The position numbers and the translations under genes were made by a program. Below the pieces are notes generated by a model. It ran no database searches and was not told where the DNA came from. It was given only the letters and a program-made list of their open reading frames with translations. Source: an uncultured Methanosarcinales archaeon (lineage in GTDB: Archaea > Nanobdellota > Nanobdellia > Woesearchaeales > DSVV01). From it: 61,059 nucleotides of DNA. The stretch is taken from the NCBI GenBank assembly GCA_964385055.1, contig CAYLMH010000006.1:1-61059 (forward strand). The letters are read 5' to 3'. Positions 1-8,844 of the stretch are shown here, in pieces (positions within the stretch are counted from its first letter, which is position 1; each line of letters starts with the position of its first letter).

Positions 1-95
1 AAACTTCGTTATTAGCGATTATCTCCCGCAGAAATTGAAGAATCAGAAGACGTGGTTGCCGTAAAGTTTATATAATTTTATTCTCTTCTTCTTTT

Positions 96-323
96 ATGAG
101 CGAAATCAAAAAAGGAAAGTATCTGCATTTCAAAGGAATGATGGTTGAAGTTCTTGGCGTTGCTTTTCACAGCGAAACAATGGAAGAAATGGTCGTTTAT
201 ACACATGACGATCCAGTCAGAGGAAAAGACGCGAATACGTTGTGGGTACGCCCAAAGAAGATGTTTCTGGAAAATGTCATTGTTGATGGAAAAGAAGTGC
301 CAAGATTTAGGTTTGTGAGGTAA
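96..323 (+). CDS. DUF1653 domain protein
   Basis: KGKYLHFKG...VLGVAFHSETMEEMVVY...LWVRPKKMF...VPRF matches the DUF1653 pattern. Confidence 0.85.
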   Translation: MSEIKKGKYLHFKGMMVEVLGVAFHSETMEEMVVYTHDDPVRGKDANTLWVRPKKMFLENVIVDGKEVPRFRFVR

Positions 324-366
324 GGCAAGAATAAGTATTTTAAAGGAGGAATACACTCTATAAAGA

Positions 367-840
367 ATGTATTATTTAATTATCTCCTTAATTGTATTAA
401 CAGGAATAATTGGTTTTCTTTTAGAAAATAGAGAGATAAGAGAAAAAATTAACAACATTCTCTTTAGAAAAGAAAGAGAAACAGAAAAATGGGTACTCTT
501 GTGTCCAGAATGTGGGAGTGTAGATTGGAAGTTTCCTGAGCCACTCAAAGTAGCAAACCATTTTTTTAACTTACCATCCATGGTAAATAATTTCTATGAA
601 TGTAAAGACTGCGGTAATATAGGAATGTTTATAGAAGTAAGCCAGAGAAAATATGAAAAAGAGAAAAAAGAGATAATAGTTAAAGAAAAAGTAAAGAAAG
701 AAGAGAAAATCCCTTTTTTTCTTGCAGTTACGATATTTTTAATAGGATATTTCCTTGTGGGGCTTTTGTCAACAACCTTAGCAATTATGTTTTGTTTAGG
801 ATTATACAAGTATCTAAGGAATAAGAGAAAAAATAAATAG
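367..840 (+). CDS. Hypothetical membrane protein with Zn ribbon
   Basis: N-terminal TM, CPECG...CKDCG, two C-terminal hydrophobic helices. Confidence 0.7.
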   Translation: MYYLIISLIVLTGIIGFLLENREIREKINNILFRKERETEKWVLLCPECGSVDWKFPEPLKVANHFFNLPSMVNNFYECKDCGNIGMFIEVSQRKYEKEKKEIIVKEKVKKEEKIPFFLAVTIFLIGYFLVGLLSTTLAIMFCLGLYKYLRNKRKNK

Positions 841-843
841 CTA

Positions 844-2460
844 CTAACCCCCTTCCACCTTCTCCTTCTTCCCTTCCCTGAACTTCTTCCTCATTTCTTT
901 CTGCTCATCAGTCAAATGCGCACGCATCCCTTTCACACCTTTTTCTTCAGACTCTTCCTTCTGTAAATTTGCCAAAAAAGCACGCCTCTTCGCGTACTGG
1001 ACAGGATTCTTAATCCGTCCACATAAACCATCAGGCTGACAAATCTGCATGTCTTTGTAGTAGCCAGTATTATCGCAGTTTGGAGGCATGACTTTCTTGC
1101 GCGTCTGTTGCGCGTACCGCACCTGCCCTTTCAACAATACTTCGCGGAGCGGTTCTGGATTGCGCTTGTTCCATTCCTCAAGCACCGCGTCAATCGCCGC
1201 ATAATCATAGCCAGTAGAAAGGAGAAAATTGACGAGCATGAACAGAAATCTTTTCTTTCCATCTTTCATTCCTCGTAATCCTATTTTCATACAAGGAGGG
1301 AAAAATTCAGCAGGAATCGCGTGTTGCAGGGTCTCTTCTTCAAACACAGTGCCAAACTTTTTGACAATTTTTTCTTTTTCATCAGCAGCGTTGTGGTCAT
1401 CTGGAAGCGCGTCAAATGCTTCTAAAATAAGTCGCGTTGCTTCACCAGCAACAACATCCTCTGAAGAAAGAAACGGAAGCGAGACAGTCACCAACTCAGG
1501 CTTTGCCTGAGAACGGTCAAACTGTAAAAGAGCGTCAGGATCGAGAGGAATAGAACAAAGCCCAGATTTTTCGTGCAATGAATACGGCATTCGATACAAG
1601 TGTCTGCTAGAAATCAATACAGTATCAACCTGCAAAAGCGGGCCAAGATCAAGTTCTTCCACAAATGTGGTATTTTTACAATACACACAGCGAACAACAG
1701 AAGAAACATCAAGCTTCTCCATAATTTTACCACACTTGCCACAAACTTTGAATTTATCAGCAGATGTCCCCTCTTCTTTGTTCTCGCAATGAAGACAATG
1801 GAATTCTACTTTATCTTGTTCTTGTTTTTGTGCTTTTTTACAATTGCTACATATTTTCTTAGAAAAGTCATCTTCTCGTAAGCCAAGATCACGTGCAACG
1901 TTTGCAAGAGAATCATGCGCTTTGATATGCTCAAGCAATTTTGGTTTAATCCGAACAGTCAAATATTCCGCAATGCGCCGCACTCCTTCAGGAAAAAGAA
2001 GATGAATAGGTTCTCCATGCACTTCTTTGGGAAATGCTTCAAAAGGAACAGCGATGTGAAATCCTTTATTGCCGCTAAATTTCGCAGTAATACTTTTAAT
2101 GCCATGTAAACGCAATTCCTGCACCATAAGATGGCCGATAAGTTTTGAATAATCCCAGAGTTTGCAGTCAATGTCAAGTACAAGATCCCATCCTTTTCGT
2201 GCAGAATCAAGCTCTTGTTTCTTCATACCTGTCGAAATCTGCATCACGTTGCGCCAGCGCTCTTCGCTGACGTGAAATGATGTTGCTCCTTTTTTCGCGA
2301 ACTCGAGAACATCGTTTGGATAAGAGAGAATGTCTGGTCGTTTACCAAAGCCACCATCACCAAATCGGACAGAAACTTCTCTGTCTTGTGCAGCAAGAAC
2401 CATCGCTTCCTGAATATCACGACGTTTGTAATGTTTGAGAATAGTGCTAAGGTGGAGCAT
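844..2460 (-). CDS. priS: Fused DNA primase PriS-PriL (DPANN type)
   Basis: AEP motifs WDLVLDID and FSGNKGFH; C-terminal PriL Fe-S domain FPPCM...PPNC...C; internal Cys-rich insertion. Confidence 0.9.
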   Translation of the reverse strand: MLHLSTILKHYKRRDIQEAMVLAAQDREVSVRFGDGGFGKRPDILSYPNDVLEFAKKGATSFHVSEERWRNVMQISTGMKKQELDSARKGWDLVLDIDCKLWDYSKLIGHLMVQELRLHGIKSITAKFSGNKGFHIAVPFEAFPKEVHGEPIHLLFPEGVRRIAEYLTVRIKPKLLEHIKAHDSLANVARDLGLREDDFSKKICSNCKKAQKQEQDKVEFHCLHCENKEEGTSADKFKVCGKCGKIMEKLDVSSVVRCVYCKNTTFVEELDLGPLLQVDTVLISSRHLYRMPYSLHEKSGLCSIPLDPDALLQFDRSQAKPELVTVSLPFLSSEDVVAGEATRLILEAFDALPDDHNAADEKEKIVKKFGTVFEEETLQHAIPAEFFPPCMKIGLRGMKDGKKRFLFMLVNFLLSTGYDYAAIDAVLEEWNKRNPEPLREVLLKGQVRYAQQTRKKVMPPNCDNTGYYKDMQICQPDGLCGRIKNPVQYAKRRAFLANLQKEESEEKGVKGMRAHLTDEQKEMRKKFREGKKEKVEGG

Positions 2461-2482
2461 AAAAAGAGGATGTTTTCACAAT

Positions 2483-3595
2483 TTAAATGGTTTTAGATGC
2501 TTCTTTCTCGCAAATCAACGCAGCATCAAAGAAAAATAAGTGAAATGCTTTAGTTCCTTTCAACTGTTTTTCAAAATAGGTCCGCTCTTTCCAATATTGC
2601 TCAGGAGCAATCGTATAGCGAAGCAATACTTTTTCTGCAGCCAAGGATTGAAGTGCCTGCAAGGTCTTCTGTCTGTCAAGAGCACCTGCACGAGCAGCAA
2701 CGCGCTCCACAATTTTGTAAGAGACAAAAAAGGGAGAATCGCAAAGAACAGTGCTCAAAAAAAATATTTTTCGTCCAACAACAAGCCGGACAAGTTCTTT
2801 GCTCGAAACAAGTTGAGCAAGCTGTTGTTCAGAAAAACAAGAGCCAAACGCTTCTGCGTCCATTCCTGTTAAGGTAAGCGCAGGGTTTGGTTCAAGAAGA
2901 TGCGTATAACGAGAAGTATCATCATGTTCCTGAAGTTGTGCAAAAGATAACGACACATCACCAGCCGAAGTTTCCGATTGAACAATATGAACATGTTCTG
3001 GCAACAAAACAAGCTTTTTCCGCGCTTGTTGCAAAGCACCAAAATAGAGTGTCAAACGATTCAGCGCACCATCGACAGAAAGATACTCATATTCTGCGTC
3101 AAACGCAGTATTTGAAATATGCGGAGGTAGTTCAAGCGCGATGTTTGGAGTAAGTTTCCCATACAGTTCAAGAAGTTCTTTAATGTTCGGCTGAATTGTT
3201 TCAAGGGTTCGTTCTTTTTCAGCAGGAGCGCGTTCTGGATCGCAGAAAATGACATTCGGCGCATGCGCTAAAAGCGCAATTTTACGATAGATCTCTGAAG
3301 AGAGAACATCGCCGCAAATAAAAGTAATGTTCTTTATGCCCAGCTTTTCTGCGTATTTTCGCGCAAGCCCAACAGCGTCAGCGTTTTTCTCAATAGCAAT
3401 AACCTGTTTGCATGTTTTTGCGAATGCAAAAGACTGAAACCCAAATCCAGAGCAAAGATCAAGAAGAGTATCGCATGCTAATCGTTCTGCGCGATAGTGG
3501 GCAACAATTTCAGGAGTTGAAAATCGTTTTTGTTCAGGAGAAATAGCAAGAACATCTTCTCCAATAAGTTGTTTTGTTGTTTTAATGCGAGACAT
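2483..3595 (-). CDS. Class I SAM-dependent methyltransferase (Tgs1-like N-terminus, THUMP-like C-terminus)
   Basis: RFSTPEIVAHYRAERL, DLCSGFG motif I, IFCDPER. Start moved to MSRIK (3595) because the track's extension runs through a palindromic element. Confidence 0.75.
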   Translation of the reverse strand: MSRIKTTKQLIGEDVLAISPEQKRFSTPEIVAHYRAERLACDTLLDLCSGFGFQSFAFAKTCKQVIAIEKNADAVGLARKYAEKLGIKNITFICGDVLSSEIYRKIALLAHAPNVIFCDPERAPAEKERTLETIQPNIKELLELYGKLTPNIALELPPHISNTAFDAEYEYLSVDGALNRLTLYFGALQQARKKLVLLPEHVHIVQSETSAGDVSLSFAQLQEHDDTSRYTHLLEPNPALTLTGMDAEAFGSCFSEQQLAQLVSSKELVRLVVGRKIFFLSTVLCDSPFFVSYKIVERVAARAGALDRQKTLQALQSLAAEKVLLRYTIAPEQYWKERTYFEKQLKGTKAFHLFFFDAALICEKEASKTI

Positions 3596-3691
3596 GCAAT
3601 GGAAAAATATAAGAGTCTTTAAAAAGAATATGTTCTTTAAAGAAAGAAAAGTAAGAACAAGTGAGTTACATTTTGAGATTAAGAAAATAAT

Positions 3692-3773
3692 AAAACACGC
3701 ACCCACTGCATGAACGCAGTGGGGACCCAACACGCCACGTCCTTTTTTGACGTGGCGTGTTGGGGTATTTATT
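3692..3773. repeat. Structured intergenic element, family B copy 1
   Basis: AAAACACGCACC...GGGGACCC-[CCCAACACGCCACGTC/GACGTGGCGTGTTGGG]-GGGGTATTTATT; flanks shared with 41461-41533. Confidence 0.75.
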
Positions 3774-3811
3774 TTGAACTTACTCTAAAAATATCTTAAA
3801 AAAAATAAAAA

Positions 3812-4270
3812 GTGGATATGATGAAAGAAGAAACAAAAGAATACACTTGGAAAGATCTCTTTGCACAAAGAATTGCGCCACTTATTACAGTCGATATTAT
3901 CATCCGCCATAAAGGAGGAATAGTGTTAGTCAACAGAGCAAAAGAACCGTTTGGCTGGAGTATTCCAGGAGGTTTTGTGGATTTCGGAGAAACAGTGGAA
4001 CAAGCCGCGATCAGAGAAGCAAAAGAAGAAACAAATCTTGACATTGATATTGATCGACAGTTTCATGTGTATTCTGACCCCAAGCGAGATCCGCGAGGAA
4101 CGCATTCGGTAACAGTCGCGATTATAGCAAATGGCAAAGGCACGCTAAAAGCAGGAGACGATGCGAAAGACGCAGAAGTATTCTCTTTAGATCAACCATT
4201 GCCAAAACTCGCATTTGACCATAATAAAATTCTACAGGATTATATGAATGAAGATGCAAACGAGAATTAA
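3812..4270 (+). CDS. NUDIX hydrolase (ADP-ribose pyrophosphatase-like)
   Basis: Nudix box [22 protein letters not shown]; RDPR; LAFDH. Confidence 0.92.
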   Translation: MDMMKEETKEYTWKDLFAQRIAPLITVDIIIRHKGGIVLVNRAKEPFGWSIPGGFVDFGETVEQAAIREAKEETNLDIDIDRQFHVYSDPKRDPRGTHSVTVAIIANGKGTLKAGDDAKDAEVFSLDQPLPKLAFDHNKILQDYMNEDANEN

Positions 4271-4285
4271 AATGTTTCATGGTCT

Positions 4286-4406
4286 AAAAAATAACAACAT
4301 TGGCCAGATGGAGCAAACAAGGTCCCCATACGAAGTGTGGGGTTCTTGTTTGCGAAATAGGGCGTGCGTAAGCACGACCGTCTGTGCCAATGATGTTGTT
4401 ATTTTT
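4286..4406. repeat. Structured intergenic element, family A copy 1
   Basis: Terminal inverted repeat AAAAAATAACAACATTGGC / GCCAATGATGTTGTTATTTTT enclosing two hairpins; similar to 29392-29507 and 31725-31880. Confidence 0.8.
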
Positions 4407-4422
4407 TATTAAATTTAAGAAG

Positions 4423-4806
4423 ATGGTTTTCGCAACAAAACAGGAAATTGAAGAAATTATCGAAAAGATAAAAGAAGAGATTGAAGAAGGAAAACTCATC
4501 ATTCTTGTGGAGGGAAAGAAAGACAAAGCAGCGCTTCTCCATTTAGGTATAAAGGAACAAGTATTCATTCTCAACGGCAAAGACATCTGGAATCGCTTAG
4601 AAGAAATCACGAACAAGAACCCAAAAAAACACATGTTAATTCTCACTGACTTTGATAAAGAAGGAAAAAAGTTGTATGGAAACATCATAAAAGATTGTGA
4701 ACGACTCGGGATGAAAATCAACAAAAAGTACAGAGAATTCTTTCAAAAAAGAACAAAAGTAAGTCAGATAGAAGGATTGGATACATATATAGAGAATGTC
4801 GCATAA
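4423..4806 (+). CDS. Small TOPRIM-domain protein
   Basis: IILVEGKKD and ILTDFDKEG TOPRIM motifs; start moved to MVFATK. Confidence 0.88.
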   Translation: MVFATKQEIEEIIEKIKEEIEEGKLIILVEGKKDKAALLHLGIKEQVFILNGKDIWNRLEEITNKNPKKHMLILTDFDKEGKKLYGNIIKDCERLGMKINKKYREFFQKRTKVSQIEGLDTYIENVA

Positions 4807-4895
4807 GGAGATAAATAGATAATCAAAAATGAACAAATAAAAAATAAGAAAAAATAAATTAAAAATAATAGAAAATACTGCTTCTTCAGTTAAAA

Positions 4896-5090
4896 CTAAA
4901 ATTCTCTTTTAGGTCTTTTCTTAGAATAGCATTCTTTGCAAAAAACAGGTCGTCCTTCTTTTGGTTGGAAAGGAACTTCGCATTCCTGTCCGCACTCAGA
5001 ACATGTTGCTTTGTGCATTTCTCGCGGTCCGCCGAAATCTCGTCTTTGGAAATTTCCACCGTTTCCGCCGCCTCTGTTAAAATCTCTCAT
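4896..5090 (-). CDS. CxxC-x17-CxxC domain protein
   Basis: REMHKATCSECGQECEVPFQPKEGRPVFCKECY. Confidence 0.9.
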   Translation of the reverse strand: MRDFNRGGGNGGNFQRRDFGGPREMHKATCSECGQECEVPFQPKEGRPVFCKECYSKKRPKREF

Positions 5091-5237
5091 TTTCTTTTTC
5101 CTCTGAGCATAGACCTTGTGTCTACGCTACAAGTTCTATGAATAAGCAGGGGTTTAAAAAGGTTCTCATGGAATAGAGGTTTTTGGACTGCTCTCGAGAA
5201 CGAAAGACTAATAAAGACACAGAAAGCCTGAGATTAC

Positions 5238-5687
5238 ATGTACATCCCCAAGCGATACGGTGAATCAAAGACAAACAAATGTCCATTCTGTGAAAAGGAT
5301 GCGTTTTCGCAAAATAAGCAGAAAATTTCTACTTGCAAAGACCATAAAGACACCTTACTGCAGGAAGTAAAATGTGTTTGCGGTTCCTGGCTTGATATGC
5401 GGGAAGGAAAATTTGGTGTTTTCTTTACCTGCATCAATTGCGGCGCGTTAAATCTGCGAAAAGTGCTGGAAATGAACAATATCCAAAGACAAAAAGCAGC
5501 AGCAAAAGAAACAACAACGCCGCAGTACAAGGTACAGACAAAACAAGGAACAAAGAATGAAACCCCGCAACCAATACAGAAGAAACAACAAGTCTACATT
5601 CGCCCAAAAACATTGCAGGAAGTAGAAAGAGAGATGGGCAAAGGCAAAGAAACAATCGTTCGTTCTGATGAATTGGATTTTATTTAA
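5238..5687 (+). CDS. Hypothetical Zn-binding protein (topoisomerase Zn-ribbon-like segment)
   Basis: CPFC...C..H and CVCGSWLDMREGKFGVFFTCINCG; low-complexity basic C-terminus. Confidence 0.7.
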   Translation: MYIPKRYGESKTNKCPFCEKDAFSQNKQKISTCKDHKDTLLQEVKCVCGSWLDMREGKFGVFFTCINCGALNLRKVLEMNNIQRQKAAAKETTTPQYKVQTKQGTKNETPQPIQKKQQVYIRPKTLQEVEREMGKGKETIVRSDELDFI

Positions 5688-5731
5688 TTTGGTTAACATT
5701 TCTTAAATAAGAAGAGAGATCCTAACAAGCA

Positions 5732-6823
5732 TCAAAACAACGCGTACCAAACCAAATACCCAAAATAAAGAAGATACAAAAGCAATAAAATAAACCCTTC
5801 TCGTCGTGTCACAGTCTTGTCTGTCGTAATAAACACTTGGAAAATTGCTGCAAACACAATAAGTACAATCATATCTATAAACAGAATGTGAGGATCAATA
5901 TGGAGAGGAGTAAAAAGAGAGATCACTCCAGGAATAAGTAAAAGTGTAATGATGTTTGCGCCCAAAATATTTCCCACAACAAGATCATATTCTTTTTTCA
6001 TGAGTCCAACAAGAGAAACGACAAATTCAGGCAGTGCAGTGCCAACAGAAACAAGTGTTAAACCAATAATAGCATCGCTGACACCAAAGGCGTGAGCAAG
6101 AGCACTACTTGAGCTCACCACAAATTTTGCGCCAAAAAGGATTGCAACGAACCCCACAAGAAAAACAACACACGTTCTAAAAAAAGTATATCCTATAGTA
6201 AATTCCTGAGAAAATTCCTCAGAAACTTTTTTTGATTCTTGAAGCACAGTATGCCTCCAAGTATAACCAAGAAACAAAAGAAAAAACAAAATCAGCAAAA
6301 CACCATCAATAGACCCAATCACATAGTCTGCGCTCCCAAAGTCAAAGAGACGGAAGGAGAGAACAAAAAGCACAACTGCTGCAAGAAGCAAAAATGGCGC
6401 TTCAAGAAGCACAGTAAAGGATTCCACCACAAGTGGAGAGAACAAAGCAGAAGTTCCCAGAACAAGGCCTAATGTAACGATAACACTGCCAATGAGATTT
6501 CCAAAGAGAAGATCTTCATTGCCAGTATACGCAGCGTAACCACTGACCGCAAATTCAGGAATGCTGGTGAAAAAAGAGACGACAAAAAGCCCAATCAAAA
6601 GCGGAGGAATGCCGAGACTTCTTGCAAGAAAACCCGCAGTAGAAACAACCCAATCTGCTCCTTCAACAAGGAGTACGACTCCTAAAATAAAGAGGGAAAT
6701 CTGTAAGGGAAGCTGCAAATCAAGGAATAGAAAGACAATAATGAGAAAAACTAAAAGACCAAGAAGCGGCAATGCGTTGCGAAAAATACTTCTTTTTTTA
6801 CGCTCAAGATCAGGAACATCCAT
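5732..6823 (-). CDS. Ca2+/Na+ antiporter (CaCA/YrbG family)
   Basis: Two alpha repeats FFTSIPEFAVS...GNLIGS and VGTALPEFVVS...GNILGAN; many TMs. Confidence 0.92.
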   Translation of the reverse strand: MDVPDLERKKRSIFRNALPLLGLLVFLIIVFLFLDLQLPLQISLFILGVVLLVEGADWVVSTAGFLARSLGIPPLLIGLFVVSFFTSIPEFAVSGYAAYTGNEDLLFGNLIGSVIVTLGLVLGTSALFSPLVVESFTVLLEAPFLLLAAVVLFVLSFRLFDFGSADYVIGSIDGVLLILFFLLFLGYTWRHTVLQESKKVSEEFSQEFTIGYTFFRTCVVFLVGFVAILFGAKFVVSSSSALAHAFGVSDAIIGLTLVSVGTALPEFVVSLVGLMKKEYDLVVGNILGANIITLLLIPGVISLFTPLHIDPHILFIDMIVLIVFAAIFQVFITTDKTVTRREGFILLLLYLLYFGYLVWYALF

Positions 6824-6892
6824 GAAAAGAGTAATGCATTCAGAAGTTATATAGTTTGTTGTCTCAAAATGAAACCTTGCTCATCAAAATAC

Positions 6893-7429
6893 TTAAGAGC
6901 GAGGAAAAAACTTTTGATAACTCTTGATTCCACGAAGAATAATGCTCTGTGCTTTTGCTTTGCCAAACTGCCCGCTAATGTGCACTTTTTTGCCTTCAAG
7001 ATTTTTATAGACACGGAAGAATTCCTGAATTTCCTGCTGCGTGTTTTTAGGAAGTTGTTTGAGCTCTGTAATGTCACGAAATTTTGGATCTCCTATGGGG
7101 ACACAAATAATTTTGTCATCGACATCATGGCCATCAAGCATATGGACGCCTCCAATAGGCACTGCTTCAAGAAAAATGCCGGGATGAAATGCGATTTGAG
7201 AAACAACAAGAACATCAAGAGGATCTCCATCCTCACCTAATGTCTGCGGAAGAAAGCCATAATTACCTGGATAATACACTGCGCTTGCGATAACACGATC
7301 AAGCTTAACAATTCCTGTTTTCTTATCAAGTTCGTATTTACAGCGAGAACCCATCGGAATTTCAATAACAGCATTAAGTTCTTTTGGAGCTTTTTTACCA
7401 AGCGGAAGATCATGCCAGAGATGAACCAT
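6893..7429 (-). CDS. ppa: Inorganic pyrophosphatase, family I
   Basis: YPGNYGFLPQTLGEDGDPLDVLV; DDKIICVP. Confidence 0.97.
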   Translation of the reverse strand: MVHLWHDLPLGKKAPKELNAVIEIPMGSRCKYELDKKTGIVKLDRVIASAVYYPGNYGFLPQTLGEDGDPLDVLVVSQIAFHPGIFLEAVPIGGVHMLDGHDVDDKIICVPIGDPKFRDITELKQLPKNTQQEIQEFFRVYKNLEGKKVHISGQFGKAKAQSIILRGIKSYQKFFPRS

Positions 7430-7497
7430 AACTATTTCTAGGAAAAGGAGTTATATAAACATATCGAAGTTGAAAAAAAGAAAAAAGAAAAGAAAAA

Positions 7498-8757
7498 TCA
7501 AGTGCTTATACAAGCACCATTGCTACAAGTTGTTCCCTGTGGACATTTAATCGTTGTGTAGTACGCAGTGTTATCTGATCTACAATATGCTTCGTAGATA
7601 TAATCCGTACTTTTACAATTGTCCTTATACGTCTTCAGCACTTTATCCGTGTACCAGTTTCCTGAAACTTCGCCATAAACTGTTGTGGTGAATGTTTTTC
7701 CACCATAATCTCCATCAGTGTCTTGACAAGTATAACCTGCAAGAGATTGATCTGCACCAGAAGCTGTTCCCTGCTGAGCTGTTGTAGTTTGACCTGTCTG
7801 CTGTCCACTCTGTTGTGTTGTTCCTGCTTGCTGACCACTTGCGGTTCCAGTTTGTTGCCCATTTGTCTGTCCAGCACCAGAAGTAGAGCCAGTGGTCTGA
7901 CCAGAAGTTCCTGTCTGTCCAGTCTGTGTATTTTGAGTAGTCGCAGCAGCTTTTTTCTCATCTATACATTTTTTATATCCTGCTTCGTATCCTTTTTTGT
8001 ATTCTTCTTCAGCTTTTTTCTTTTCTTCTTCAGAAACTTGTGTATTTTGGTTTGTTTGCTGAGAACCAGAAGCTGTTCCTTGCTGAGCTGTTGTAGTTTG
8101 ACCTGTCTGCTGTCCACTCTGTTGTGTTGTTCCTGTTTGCTGACCGCTTGCAGTTCCAGTCTGTCCTGTAGTTTGATCTCCACCAGAAGCTGTTCCAGTT
8201 TGCTGTCCAGAAGTCTGTCCAATAGTGTCAGTCGCGACACAAGTTGCGTCTTTACACATAGTTCCTGTTGGACAGGTTAATGGGTAAGAAGCTGCTTTTC
8301 CATCCGCTGTACAATAATATTCTGTAATAATGGATTTATCTTTGCAAAGATCATACATTGTTTTACCATCTGCAGTAACAGACCCTTTGACAGGAACAGT
8401 AGTTCCTCCTTGAACATCCATATCAGTATCTGTACAGGAAGGAGTAGTGGTATCTCCAACAGCAAGACCTGTCAGAAGCGCAACCTGCTTGTTCATTGCA
8501 GAAGTGTCCATCTTCTTCACTGCTTGCTTTTCAGTATATTTGCCATCGTCTTTGAGACACTGCGTATATCCAGCTTCCAAACCCGCGTCGTACGGAGTCT
8601 TTTCACCAGCAGCAATTGCCTGCCCAGAAAGATCATATCCTCCTAGAGAAAAAGAAAATCCATTTGCAAAAACCATCATGAGGAGCATGCCAATAATACC
8701 TGCTGCGCCTATTGTAGAAGTTGCGTATAACTCTGATTTCTGTTTTGCCATCATCAC
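7498..8757 (-). CDS. Secreted/membrane-anchored surface protein with Cys-rich modules and Q/T/G-rich linkers
   Basis: N-terminal TM; two CxDTD...DxC...E(Y/A)YC...CPxGT.C modules; QQTGT-type repeats. Confidence 0.8.
   Translation of the reverse strand: MMMAKQKSELYATSTIGAAGIIGMLLMMVFANGFSFSLGGYDLSGQAIAAGEKTPYDAGLEAGYTQCLKDDGKYTEKQAVKKMDTSAMNKQVALLTGLAVGDTTTPSCTDTDMDVQGGTTVPVKGSVTADGKTMYDLCKDKSIITEYYCTADGKAASYPLTCPTGTMCKDATCVATDTIGQTSGQQTGTASGGDQTTGQTGTASGQQTGTTQQSGQQTGQTTTAQQGTASGSQQTNQNTQVSEEEKKKAEEEYKKGYEAGYKKCIDEKKAAATTQNTQTGQTGTSGQTTGSTSGAGQTNGQQTGTASGQQAGTTQQSGQQTGQTTTAQQGTASGADQSLAGYTCQDTDGDYGGKTFTTTVYGEVSGNWYTDKVLKTYKDNCKSTDYIYEAYCRSDNTAYYTTIKCPQGTTCSNGACIST
7756..8160. repeat. In-frame 96-bp direct repeat (7756-7851 / 8065-8160)
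   Basis: Near-identical copies 309 bp (103 codons) apart, encoding TGTASGQQxGTTQQSGQQTGQTTTAQQGTASG. Confidence 0.9.
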
Positions 8758-8844
8758 ACCTCTTTTTTTATAAAAAATAAAGTAAAATCAAATAATTACA
8801 TGATTTTTGCAAAAACGAATATATAAACCTATCGAAGAAATCAA

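Noticed and set aside
2-64. Possible 3' end of an upstream CDS (NFVISDYLPQKLKNQKTWLP*)
   Set aside because: Too short to support any call.
7756-8240. Repeats as a non-coding array; ORFs 7635-7961, 7723-8280 and 7962-8240
   Set aside because: The repeats are in-frame coding sequence of the surface protein; the other ORFs are shadow frames of low-complexity DNA.
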